A stretch of DNA of 64,000 nt from Octopus bimaculoides (GCF_001194135.2 NC_068982.1:71607017-71671016), one strand, 5' to 3'. Counted from the first letter of the stretch, positions 48,641-59,710 are shown. Program-made: numbers and translations. The notes: generated from the sequence alone by a model not told the origin.

Positions 48641-50099
48641 NNNNNNNNNNNNNNNNNNNNNNNNNNNNNNNNNNNNNNNNNNNNNNNNNNNNNNNNNNNN
48701 NNNNNNNNNNNNNNNNNNNNNNNNNNNNNNNNNNNNNNNNNNNNNNNNNNNNNNNNNNNNNNNNNNNNNNNNNNNNNNNNNNNNNNNNNNNNNNNNNNNN
48801 NNNNNNNNNNNNNNNNNNNNNNNNNNNNNNNNNNNNNNNNNNNNNNNNNNNNNNNNNNNNNNNNNNNNNNNNNNNNNNNNNNNNNNNNNNNNNNNNNNNN
48901 NNNNNNNNNNNNNNNNNNNNNNNNNNNNNNNNNNNNNNNNNNNNNNNNNNNNNNNNNNNNNNNNNNNNNNNNNNNNNNNNNNNNNNNNNNNNNNNNNNNN
49001 NNNNNNNNNNNNNNNNNNNNNNNNNNNNNNNNNNNNNNNNNNNNNNNNNNNNNNNNNNNNNNNNNNNNNNNNNNNNNNNNNNNNNNNNNNNNNNNNNNNN
49101 NNNNNNNNNNNNNNNNNNNNNNNNNNNNNNNNNNNNNNNNNNNNNNNNNNNNNNNNNNNNNNNNNNNNNNNNNNNNNNNNNNNNNNNNNNNNNNNNNNNN
49201 NNNNNNNNNNNNNNNNNNNNNNNNNNNNNNNNNNNNNNNNNNNNNNNNNNNNNNNNNNNNNNNNNNNNNNNNNNNNNNNNNNNNNNNNNNNNNNNNNNNN
49301 NNNNNNNNNNNNNNNNNNNNNNNNNNNNNNNNNNNNNNNNNNNNNNNNNNNNNNNNNNNNNNNNNNNNNNNNNNNNNNNNNNNNNNNNNNNNNNNNNNNN
49401 NNNNNNNNNNNNNNNNNNNNNNNNNNNNNNNNNNNNNNNNNNNNNNNNNNNNNNNNNNNNNNNNNNNNNNNNNNNNNNNNNNNNNNNNNNNNNNNNNNNN
49501 NNNNNNNNNNNNNNNNNNNNNNNNNNNNNNNNNNNNNNNNNNNNNNNNNNNNNNNNNNNNNNNNNNNNNNNNNNNNNNNNNNNNNNNAAGAACGAAAAAA
49601 AAGTAAGTGTTTTTTTGTTATAAATATAATTTTTAAAAAAAAGAGAGAAAAAACAGATAATTAAGAATTACACATAGAAAAAGTGAACGATGGTAAATTG
49701 TTTATATAAACGATTCAAATGGTACTACATGGTTACGGGACTCATGCAGCCATTTCATTTCTTCATTATATAACATCTCATTGTCATTCGCTTTATGTTT
49801 TGTGTCCCCATTGTGGTGTTGTGTCTGTCCTTGTAGTGTCCCCATCTGTGTTGTGACCATAGTGCCAAATAAAGAAAACAGTAGTAGTAGAGTCGTTGTA
49901 CAAGTTCTCTGTTGGAGTCAATTACGTGATATATACGAGTTCGAGTTACCGTCAAGGTAGGCGTTTCAAAGTCATCGTCTTGCGAAGTCAGAGATAATAA
50001 GACGCGGAATACCGCCACAACATATTGGTGGCAACAAGAATATTACAGTGCCGACGACAACATACAAGTGGACGAGGATCCACATTATAACAAATGCAT

Positions 50100-50524
50100 T
50101 ACTCTTACTCTTTTACTCTTTTACTTGTTTCAGTCATTTAACTGTGGCCATGCTGGAGCACCGCCTTTAGTCGAGCAAATCGACCCCAGGACTTATTTTT
50201 TGGATGCCTAGTACTTATTCTATCGGTCTCTTTTGCCGAACCGCTAAGTTACGGGGACCTAAACACACCACCATCGGTTGTCAAGCGATGTTGGGGGAAC
50301 AAACACAGACACACAAACATATACACACATATACATATATATATATACATACATATATACGACAGACTTCTTTCAGTTTCCGTCTACCAAATCCACTCAC
50401 AAGGCTTTGGTCGGCCCGAGGCTATAGTAGAAGACACTTGCCCAAGATGCCACGCAGTGGGACTGAACCCGGAACCATGTGGTTGGTAAGCAAGCTACTT
50501 ACCACACAGCCACTCCTTCGCCTA
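50100..50524 (-). mobile_element. SINE family B, full length, little diverged
   Basis: Reverse complement of the family B consensus, with a (TTACTC/TTTTACTC)n tail at about 50100-50125. Confidence 0.9.
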
Positions 50525-50943
50525 TAAGTAGGAGATAACACATATATATTCTATAGAATAGCGAAGAAAATTAGACGATGAATGAAGTAAGTCAATCAAA
50601 TAGTGTAATAGAAAACTAAAAAAAAAAAAACGTAAATAACACACGTACATGAGTCACAGAGATAAACACCTGACTGGTGACGTATACATCTAACGGTAAA
50701 AATTAAAATTCCGACAATAAAGTCTATACCAATCACATTAGTTCTGTCCATTATAAATAAACAGCAACACTCTCCAATATCACTTCATCTTGAAGCTGGG
50801 GCTGTGAAAGTCTAGAAACGCTAATGCTTGATTTAGAAGCTTTACTGTTCTCAACAACTTGTAAGGAACTCATACGAAAATTTCAAAAAGAAAGCCTTGA
50901 TATTAAAAAAAAAATGGTTAACTACAACACATACATTCATGCA

Positions 50944-50982
<39 letters not shown>

Positions 50983-51394
50983 ATACATAGATGCATACAT
51001 ATATCTGTGTATGTAGGAATGTATAAGTGTATTATGTGTGTGTATATATGTGTGTGTGTGTGTATATACATACACACACATATACGTATGCACGTATACA
51101 TACATACGTGCATATGTATGTACGTACGTATGTATGTAATTGAAAGTATAACGGCATGTGTCTTTGTTGTTAATTCTCCTAACTTTAAACTAAATTATAA
51201 AATGCCGCAACATCAGTCGTATCAATTCCAAATAATATCAAAGGGAAATCTCTAATTAACCCCTTATTAACTAAACTAGTTCTAATATTCACATGATCAA
51301 GTTTCCGGACGCTAATTAGAGCTTATGCTGTATGTTTACAAGTTTTCCTCAGTAATTGGGTTTGTTGTTCTCCACCCATTACAGAAATATGGAC

Positions 51395-51810
51395 GCAAGC
51401 ACGGCCGTATGGTTAAAGATTGGTAATCGCGTGTTTCCGTGTTCGATACCGCTGTGTGAAACTTTGGGCAAGTGTCTTTTATGATAACTGGCGCTCCGTC
51501 GGTTACGACGACGAGGGTTCCTGTTGATCTGATCAACGGAACATCCTGCTCGTGAAATTAACGTGCAATGGCTGAGCACTCCACAGACACGTGTTCTCTT
51601 AACGTAGTTCTCGGGGATATTCAGCGTGATTCAGAGTGTGGCAGGCCAGTCCTTTGAAATACAGGTACTACTCATTTTTACCAGCTGAGTGGACTGGAGC
51701 AACGTGAAATAAAGTGTCTTGCTCAAGAACACAATGCGACACCGGAAATCGAACTCACGATTTTACGATGGTGAGCCGAATACTCTAACCTCTAAGCCAC
51801 GCGCTTTCAC
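51395..51810. mobile_element. Composite repeat: family B-like head (+), distinct central repeat, family C-like head (-)
   Basis: TTGGGCAAGTGTCTTT at about 51465, a central CCGTCGGTTACGACGACGAGGGTTCC...TACAGGTAC block, then CTGAGTGGACTGGAGCAACGTGAAAT...CTTGCTCAAGAACAC...ATCGAACTCACG. Confidence 0.55.
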
Positions 51811-52925
51811 TCTTTTATAATTTCGAGTCAAACCTCAACTTTGTGATTGAAATTAGGGATATAGGCGCGTGTGTGATTGTGTGGTAAAAATTTGCTTCCC
51901 ATCCGCATGCTTTANNNNNNNNNNNNNNNNNNNNNNNNNNNNNNNNNNNNNNNNNNNNNNNNNNNNNNNNNNNNNNNNNNNNNNNNNNNNNNNNNNNNNN
52001 NNNNNNNNNNNNNNNNNNNNNNNNNNNNNNNNNNNNNNNNNNNNNNNNNNNNNNNNNNNNNNNNNNNNNNNNNNNNNNNNNNNNNNNNNNNNNNNNNNNN
52101 NNNNNNNNNNNNNNNNNNNNNNNNNNNNNNNNNNNNNNNNNNNNNNNNNNNNNNNNNNNNNNNNNNNNNNNNNNNNNNNNNNNNNNNNNNNNNNNNNNNN
52201 NNNNNNNNNNNNNNNNNNNNNNNNNNNNNNNNNNNNNNNNNNNNNNNNNNNNNNNNNNNNNNNNNNNNNNNNNNNNNNNNNNNNNTATCCGTATCACGTC
52301 CTCACTTTGTTGTTTTTTTGTTATTGTTTTTTTTGTGTTTTTTTAAACTATATATATATATATATTTTAAAAAATAACGTCGACCACTAACGTGGACAAT
52401 TAATGCGCTAGAAATAGATCACATCTTGTATCTATTAAAACCTAAATTGTTCTCAACATGAAATATAGCAGCATACCAAAAACGTGAGCGGGCAAGACAT
52501 TTAAAATCACCTAAACAAGCATTATTAAACAGATATATTACTGGCCTAACGTTTAGAGTGTGCTTCTTTTTCGGATATATGATCCACACACAGACTCACA
52601 CACAAACAGATTATATATGTATGTGTGTATGTATGTATATAGTATTAAATGACGAGGGAACAGTAATTACGTAATCAACTTCATTAGTTTACATTTGTTC
52701 CTGCTATATGATGCAATGCACTCAGAACTGAATGCTTGTGCAACATCTTATCACCTCCTCAGAGACATTAGAATATTCTAAAACATATGTATATCAGTAT
52801 TGCTATGCTTAACCCATAAAGCACTGAGATTTGCACTTACAATGCACGGACTGTTGAGCATATTTTATGAAAATGAGACTACCATGCACACATAAAAAAC
52901 AAAAAATAGTTAAAATATTTTTCTA

Positions 52926-53368
52926 CAGGGTGTCCACAAAGTCTGGGTACATGGGATTAACACATACTTTTAAAACAAAATAATTTTATTTAATTATAAT
53001 GTTAAATAATATTTTTTAAATGATTTCCATAATTTTCAATGTATAACTTGATGCGCCTTGCAAAATTCAGTTGAACTCGATTAAATAAGTAAAATAAATA
53101 GGTTGCCTATAAGGGTGTCAAAGATTAAATTCTTCTGCAATTTTGCGATATGACCATGCCTCTCGTCCACTTAAGAGTACTACCTTCTTTAGAAAGAGCC
53201 ATCATTCGATCTGGGTAGAAAAAATAACATAAATAAATTCAGAAAAGTAAAGTATTTTTTAAATTTAATTTAAACAAAAGTAAAAAAGGAAAATTATTAT
53301 TTCTTATATTTAATAGTTTATGTTATGACTTTATTTACTCCATGTACCCAGACTTTGTGGACACCCTG
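52926..53368 (-). mobile_element. Tc1/mariner-type deletion derivative with perfect 29-bp TIRs and TA TSD
   Basis: CAGGGTGTCCACAAAGTCTGGGTACATGG at 52926-52954 is the exact reverse complement of 53340-53368, with TA on both sides. The minus strand at 53202-53100 gives frameshifted MALSKE / VVLLSGREAWSYRKIAEEFNL*HPYRQP, resembling a transposase N-terminal HTH. Confidence 0.88.
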
Positions 53369-53602
53369 TAGTATATAATGGTGGTAAGTTTTGCATCATC
53401 TGAAAAGTCATTAGTTGAATCATTAGTCCTCTTGCATTCTGGGGGATATCGGAGCGTTTGAGTGACATTAGACCCCCAACAAATGCCCATAAATTAAATG
53501 GATCTATCTGGGCCACGATCGTGGCCTGTCGACCTGTGCCTGACGGCCACGATTTATGTGTTAAGCGAAATAATAAAACATGTATAAATTAATATAAATA
53601 TA

Positions 53603-53764
53603 TAGGCGCAGGAGTGGGTGTGTGGTAAGGAGCTTGTTTCCCAACCACATGGTTCTGGGTTCAGTCACACTACGTGGCACATTGGGCAAGTGTCTTCTGC
53701 TATAGCCTCGGGCCGATCAAAGCCTTGTGAGTGGATTTGGTAGACGGAAACTGAAAGAAGTCTG

Positions 53765-53800
<36 letters not shown>

Positions 53801-53946
53801 GAAGACACTTGTCCAAGGTGCCACGTGGTGGGNNNNNNNNNNNNNNNNNNNNNNNNNNNNNNNNNNNNNNNNNNNNNNNNNNNNNNNNNNNNNNNNNNNN
53901 NNNNNNNNNNNNNNNNNNNNNNNNNNNNNNNNNNNNNNNNNNNNNN

Positions 53947-53979
<33 letters not shown>

Positions 53980-54105
53980 TCTTGTGTGTCTGTGTTTGTC
54001 CTTCCACCATCACTTGACAACCGATATTTGCAAAGAATAAGTCCTGGGTTGATTTGTTCGACTAAAGGCGGTGCTCCAGCATGTGGCCGCAGTCAAATGA
54101 CTATG
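53603..54105 (+). mobile_element. SINE family B interrupted by inverted family B fragment and gap
   Basis: Head at 53603, (TA)n at about 53767-53797, inverted fragment at 53794-53825, gap, then the 3' half at 53970-54105. Confidence 0.75.
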
Positions 54106-54700
54106 TATAATAGAAAGGAAAGAAAAAGGAAAGTAAGAACGCTCCTGACAATGCGGAAAATGATACAAAAGCCTTTATATTTCAGGCGCAAATGAAACAG
54201 ACTGGGAAATATCAGTTACACAGGTTCTGTTACCCTACTCAAGCTTGAGAAGCTTTTTTCTTTCTCTTCTCTTTCGGTACTACAATGCTTCAAGCAAACT
54301 ACAACACTCTTATATATATAATATTTCATTTTGCTTGTACAGCATTTTCAGGCAAGTTGAGGAGCTATAGACTGATTTGACCAAACAAAAAATATTATTA
54401 AACTCTACCACAGTATCGAGTACTCTTATCTCATAGTTAACACTTAACGGTTAAGTATATATATGCCATGTGGGCAGTGCTTGATGATTGAGCTAGGACA
54501 CAAGACGTGTTATAAAACATTGTTTGGCATGTTCTCAGCACATGAAACTAATAGTAGCACATAAAAATATACTTTGTGCTTATTAAATAATATTTATTCC
54601 TCACCAGATGGAGTACTTTTTTGTTAATTTTACCATCACGGAACAGTACCCTGTGGGTGTGAGTGTGTGTGTGTGTGTGTGTATGTGTGTGTGTGTATAC

Positions 54701-54741
<41 letters not shown>

Positions 54742-55976
54742 CATACATACATACATATATATATAAAGAATATAAGGGGTTTAGTTTACTTGTGATCTAA
54801 AAGAATAGGTATGCTGGGTAAGTGCTATAGTTGGTCGACCGTTAGGTTCCAAGATCACAGCTAAGGTTGGATCTAGGGATTCGTGTTAGTGTTCCATTAT
54901 AGCAGGTATATATTATATTAGAGGGAAAATCAAAATCAAGGCAGAACGAGTATTTCAAGTCATTTAGAATAATTTAATTAGAGTCAAATTCACCTTACCC
55001 TAATTAAATTATTCTAAATGACTTGAGATACTCGTTCCGCCTTGGTTTTTGATTTTTCCTCTGATATAATATCACACACACACACACACACACACACNNN
55101 NNNNNNNNNNNNNNNNNNNNNNNNNNNNNNNNNNNNNNNNNNNNNNNNNNNNNNNNNNNNNNNNNNNNNNNNNNNNNNNNNNNNNNNNNNNNNNNNNNNN
55201 NNNNNNNNNNNNNNNNNNNNNNNNNNNNNNNNNNNNNNNNNNNNNNNNNNNNNNNNNNNNNNNNNNNNNNNNNNNNNNNNNNNNNNNNNNNNNNNNNNNN
55301 NNNNNNNNNNNNNNNNNNNNNNNNNNNNNNNNNNNNNNNNNNNNNNNNNNNNNNNNNNNNNNNNNNNNNNNNNNNNNNNNNNNNNNNNNNNNNNNNNNNN
55401 NNNNNNNNNNNNNNNNNNNNNNNNNNNNNNNNNNNNNNNNNNNNNNNNNNNNNNNNNNNNNNNNNNNNNNNNNNNNNNNNNNNNNNNNNNNNNNNNNNNN
55501 NNNNNNNNNNNNNNNNNNNNNNNNNNNNNNNNNNNNNNNNNNNNNNNNNNNNNNNNNNNNNNNNNNNNNNNNNNNNNNNNNNNNNNNNNNNNNNNNNNNN
55601 NNNNNNNNNNNNNNNNNNNNNNNNNNNNNNNNNNNNNNNNNNNNNNNNNNNNNNNNNNNNNNNNNNNNNNNNNNNNNNNNNNNNNNNNNNNNNNNNNNNN
55701 NNNNNNNNNNNNNNNNNNNNNNNNNNNNNNNNNNNNNNNNNNNNNNNNNNNNNNNNNNNNNNNNNNNNNNNNNNNNNNNNNNNNNNNNNNNNNNNNNNNN
55801 NNNNNNNNNNNNNNNNNNNNNNNNNNNNNNNNNNNNNNNNNNNNNNNNNNNNNNNNNNNNNNNNNNNNNNNNNNNNNNNNNNNNNNNNNNNNNNNNNNNN
55901 NNNNNNNNNNNNNNNNNNNNNNNNNNNNNNNNNNNNNNNNNNNNNNNNNNNNNNCGAGATGTTGTTAATCCATTTA

Positions 55977-56080
55977 TATCATGAAGTCCTCTACATACGT
56001 TTCGATGGGTGCACTCCAAAATGTCCGGCAGGATGAATAATGGTCAACAGTGCACCAATCTCTTCAGGAGGTTTATGATA
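55977..56080 (-). ncRNA. Type I hammerhead ribozyme motif (minimal stem III, long stem II), probably from a Penelope-like element or retrozyme
   Basis: The minus strand reads UAUCAU-AAA-CCUC-CUGAAGA-GAUUGGUGCACU-(33 nt)-AGUGCACCCAUC-GAAAC-GUAU-GUA-GAGG-ACUUC-AUGAUA. The catalytic core is complete, stem II pairs at 11 of 12 positions, stem I is CCUC/GAGG plus UAUCAU/AUGAUA, and the cleavage triplet is GUA. Confidence 0.82.
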
Positions 56081-56384
56081 ATAAGCTCATCAAATAAATA
56101 TGTTAACCGAAAAAGAAAGTTCTTTTTCTTATCATGAAGAACATTTTAGTACCGGTTTCAGTCATTGCAACTTTTTCAACTTAAAGTATGAAAAACAATT
56201 AGCTTGTGGAAAAATTAAATGAAATAGTTTTTTTTTTAAAAATATATTTCCATAGTTTTCAAATGCAAGGGACATTTTCCTTTTTTCTGCCTGTCTTTGT
56301 CTCTCTCTTTTACTCTTGTGGGTTCTAGGTAGTTAGCAGCAGCTAGTTTGATATGAATTCTTGTCAAAAAGTCTGCGCTATGAC

Positions 56385-56640
56385 AGTGGCCTAGTGGCCT
56401 AGTGGCCTAGTGGCTAAGTGGCCTAGTGGCTAAGGTGTTGCACACACAATTGCAAGATCGCGGTTTCGATCCCCGGACCGTATGGTGCATTGTGTTCTTG
56501 AGCAAAACACTTACTTTCATTCAGCTGTACATGAGTAAGTCTGCGACGGACAAACATCTCGTTCAGTGGGCAGTGTTGTAGTCTCAGTTATTAATATGCC
56601 ATGGAAACCGGATAATCGTGCCTATGAGTCATAGGACGCG
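56385..56640 (+). mobile_element. SINE family C with six-fold reiterated 8-bp A-box unit
   Basis: AGTGGC(C/T)(T/A) x6 at 56385-56432, then GGTTTCGATCCCCGGACC (B-box) and CTTGAGCAAAACACTT. Confidence 0.75.
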
Positions 56641-57190
56641 AGATAGTAATGTCTCGGTGTTGATGATATGACTTAGCCTTACCTCAACACAACAGCACCT
56701 TGGCCTGAACACAAAAGCACAAAATCTTATGAAAGGGGAAATAATCGAGAAATCAGGTGTGTGAGTATTCATACCCTTTCCCAGGCGGGTAAGGATGAAT
56801 GAACTAAATCTTGGGAAAGAGGATATGATCAAGAAATTAAATGTGAAGGCAAAGCTAGATTAACCATTAAGCAAAATAAGCATGCGTTAAGGGCATCAAG
56901 GAAAGGGAAGCACCACAGAAAGAGTAAAGGGTTTACGGCACAAATGAAATCATTTTAAACTTGCTAAAATAATATTCGAAGTGGCTTATTTGATCCGAAA
57001 TATAATTTCGAAGTGTTTATAGTGCCATAGTGAGGACCTGATCAATTTGCAATTAAAAAAGGTAAAAAAGAAAAACTTTTCAAATATAAATGGAAGTGGA
57101 AGTATACAAAATAAACCTTAATTTCCATCTTACTGTTAGACCTGTTTTATTTTGAAAAATAAAAATTCATTTTATGGTTTACATATATAT

Positions 57191-57481
57191 TCTTCTTCCG
57201 CCCTTTTATAGCCTAGCCAGGTTCATGGGCCCGGTTTCCTGGTTTCTATGGCGTACGGGACGCCAGTCCATCGCTGCGTTACTCAAGAAACAGGAAGAAA
57301 GAGTGAGAGAAAGTTGGGGCGAAAGAGTACAACAGAGTCCGCCACCACCCCCTGCCGGAGCCTCGTGGAGCTTTAGGTGTTTTGGCTCAATAAACACACA
57401 CAACGCCTGGTCTGGGAATCGAAACCGCGATCCTCCGACCGCGAGTCCGCTGCCCTAACCACTGGGCCATTGCGCCTCCAC
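57191..57481 (-). mobile_element. SINE family C, intact with 12-bp TSD
   Basis: TTACATATATAT occurs at 57179-57190 and 57482-57493. The minus-strand head has the TGGCCCAGTGG A-box and GGTTTCGATTCC B-box, the centre has GCGATGGACTGGCGTCCCG, and the tail is (GAA)n. Confidence 0.88.
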
Positions 57482-57959
57482 TTACATATATATGGGAGAC
57501 ACCAAAATCTTAGAGCCTCTATGGATATTAATCGGACCCTGGTGAAGGTATTATTGGTGCCATTTCTCAGGCGGATCTTCGATGTAAAAAGAAGTGAATT
57601 TACCCAGTCTTCAGATATCGAAACCACTTTGGTTTATCATGCAACAGGGGTATTCGCTCGGTGGCTTGAATAGAATATTCCAGAAGCACCAATTTAGAAA
57701 TGTCACCAGTAAAACCTGAGACAAAGCCACTGCAATATTTTTGGGTTTTAAAATTTTATTTTTTTGTTTTTGTTTTTGTTCCTTATTTCTTGTTGTACGT
57801 GTTGATTTTATTTTTTTTAATTTTTTTTTTATCCTTTTACTAATTAAGTAGTTTTTCATAATGCACAATCGCTAATGACTTTTCTCTAAACACTTGACGT
57901 TGTCACAAATGAAGCGTTGCTAACGCGAGCCACAGGTTTTTAATTCATCGACGAGATGG

Positions 57960-58150
57960 AATTGGTTTGTTGCTATTGTTGTTGTTGTTGCTGCTGCTGC
58001 TGCTGCTGTTATTGTTGTTGTTGCTTTTGCTGCTTTGGTACTTGTTACTGTTCGTGTTGTGCTGTTGTTGCTGGTGTTGTTGTTGCTATCGTTGTTCCTG
58101 TTGCAACTGTTGTTGTTTTTACGGTTGTTTTTCCTCTTTTTGTTCGTGCT
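57960..58150. repeat. (TGT/TGC)n low-complexity trinucleotide tract
   Basis: Directly visible. It produces poly-Cys/Leu/Val pseudo-ORFs. Confidence 0.9.
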
Positions 58151-58269
58151 GTTGTTTGTCGTTTTTATTGAGATTTTGTAATAATTTTACCAAAAATAAA
58201 TAAATAAATAAATAAATAAATAAAACATATATTAAATATTGTAATCATTTGAAAACTCATTTTGTACGA

Positions 58270-58312
<43 letters not shown>

Positions 58313-58585
58313 AGTAACAGACAGATAGACAAACAGGGAGAGAGACAGCAAGAGAGAGAGAGCAAGATAGAGAGAGAGACTGAGTAACAGACAGATAGAC
58401 AAACAGGGAGAGAGACAGCAAGAGAGGGAGAGCAAGAGAGAGAGAGACTGAGTGATAGACAAACAGATAGACAGACAAGAGAGCAAGAGAGAGAAAGAGA
58501 GAAAGAAAGAAAGAGAGAGAGAACAAGAGAGAAAGAGAGAAAGAAAGAAAGAGAGAGAGAACAAGAGAGAGACAGAAACAAACAG
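58270..58585. repeat. Compound GA-rich microsatellite with higher-order tandem duplications
   Basis: GAGACTGAGTAACAGACAGATAGACAAACAGGGAGAGAGACAGCAAGAGAG is repeated, and GAGAAAGAAAGAAAGAGAGAGA(GA)ACAAGAGA is repeated. Confidence 0.85.
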
Positions 58586-58599
58586 ATATATAGACTATG

Positions 58600-58732
58600 C
58601 CTTTCATCCTTTCGGGGTCGATAAATTAAGTACAAGTTACGCACTGGGGTCAACGTAATCGACTTAATCTCTTTGTCTGTCCTTGTTTGTCCCCTTCTAT
58701 GTTTAGCCCCTTGTGAGCAATAAAGAAATAAG
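58600..58732 (+). mobile_element. SINE family A 3' half with the same tail variant as 46797
   Basis: GCCTTTCATCCTTTCGGGGTCG...TTTGTCTGTCCTTGTTTGTCCCC...CCCCTTGTGAGCAATAAAGAAATA. Confidence 0.8.
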
Positions 58733-59289
58733 ATATACAGAGAATGACATACATACATACATACAGACAGACAGACTGATGAAGAGAGAGAGCCAGCCAG
58801 ACAGACAGACAAACAGGAAGAGCGGTATACAGAGAGAGTGACAGAGAGGATGAGAGACTAAGTGTGTGCTGTATATAATGATACACGTACATGCTTATCT
58901 CTTCCTTTCTCGAATACCTTCTTTCACTCTCTCCCCCCTCTCTCTTCCCCCTCTCTCTTCCCCCTCTCTCTTCCCCCTCTCTCTTCCCCCTCTNNNNNNN
59001 NNNNNNNNNNNNNNNNNNNNNNNNNNNNNNNNNNNNNNNNCTCCCCTCTCTCCCACACTCCCCCCCTCTCACTTATATAAGTACTTTCATAGTTATAAAC
59101 GAATGCTTTTTTGTTGTTTTATTCGATATTGAATTGAGGGTTTTTGAAAATCATTTTTACATTTCCATGTTTAGTTTCAAATTTCATTTCCTTTCATCAG
59201 TCGTGTAAAATATTATCTCCTGCTTTCGTTTCTTTCTCTTTTTTCTTTTTTAATAGCATCTTGAGATATATTTATTATTATTTATCATG

Positions 59290-59710
59290 GTCATCATCAT
59301 CATCTTCACAACCACCACTGCCATCACTACCGCTGCCATCATCATAATCATCATCATCATCATCGTCATTATCATCATCGTCTTCGTCATCTTGTCATCG
59401 TCATCGTCATCGTCGTCGTCATCGTCATCATCATCATCATTATCGTTGTTGTTGTTGCTGTCGTCATTATCTCGTCATTATCACCGTCATCAAAATTCCG
59501 CCGAGGTCGATTTTGCCTTTCGTCCTTTCGAGGTCGATAAATTAAGTACCAGTCAAGTACTGGGGGGGGGGGGTCGATGCGATCGATTGTCCCTCTCCCC
59601 ACAAAAATCCAGGCCTTGTGCCTATAGTAGAAAGGATTAACATCGTCATAATCACAATCGTCATCATCATCATCATCATCATCACACTACCACCACCACC
59701 ACCACCACAT
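59290..59710. repeat. (ATC/GTC/CAC)n tract with embedded SINE A 3' half at about 59490-59637
   Basis: Trinucleotide runs flank AAATTCCGCCGAGGTCG...AGGCCTTGTGCCTATAGTAGAAAGGATT. Confidence 0.85.

Noticed and set aside
48190-49900. Shared 15-mer CAGTAGTAGTAGAGT at about 48193 and 49879 suggesting paired LTRs
   Set aside because: It is low complexity, and the surrounding sequence does not align.
50204-50527. Recurrent peptide SFSFRLPNPLTRLWSARGYSRRHLPK...TTQPLLRL in several ORFs
   Set aside because: It is a translation of the SINE family B reverse strand, not a gene family.
57415-57481. tRNA-like sequence with A and B boxes
   Set aside because: There is no proper acceptor or anticodon stem pairing, and it continues into a SINE body with a TSD.
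57956-58203. Cys-rich or Leu-rich ORFs resembling metallothionein or signal peptides
   Set aside because: They are pure (TGT/TGC)n microsatellite translations with no splice or homology support.
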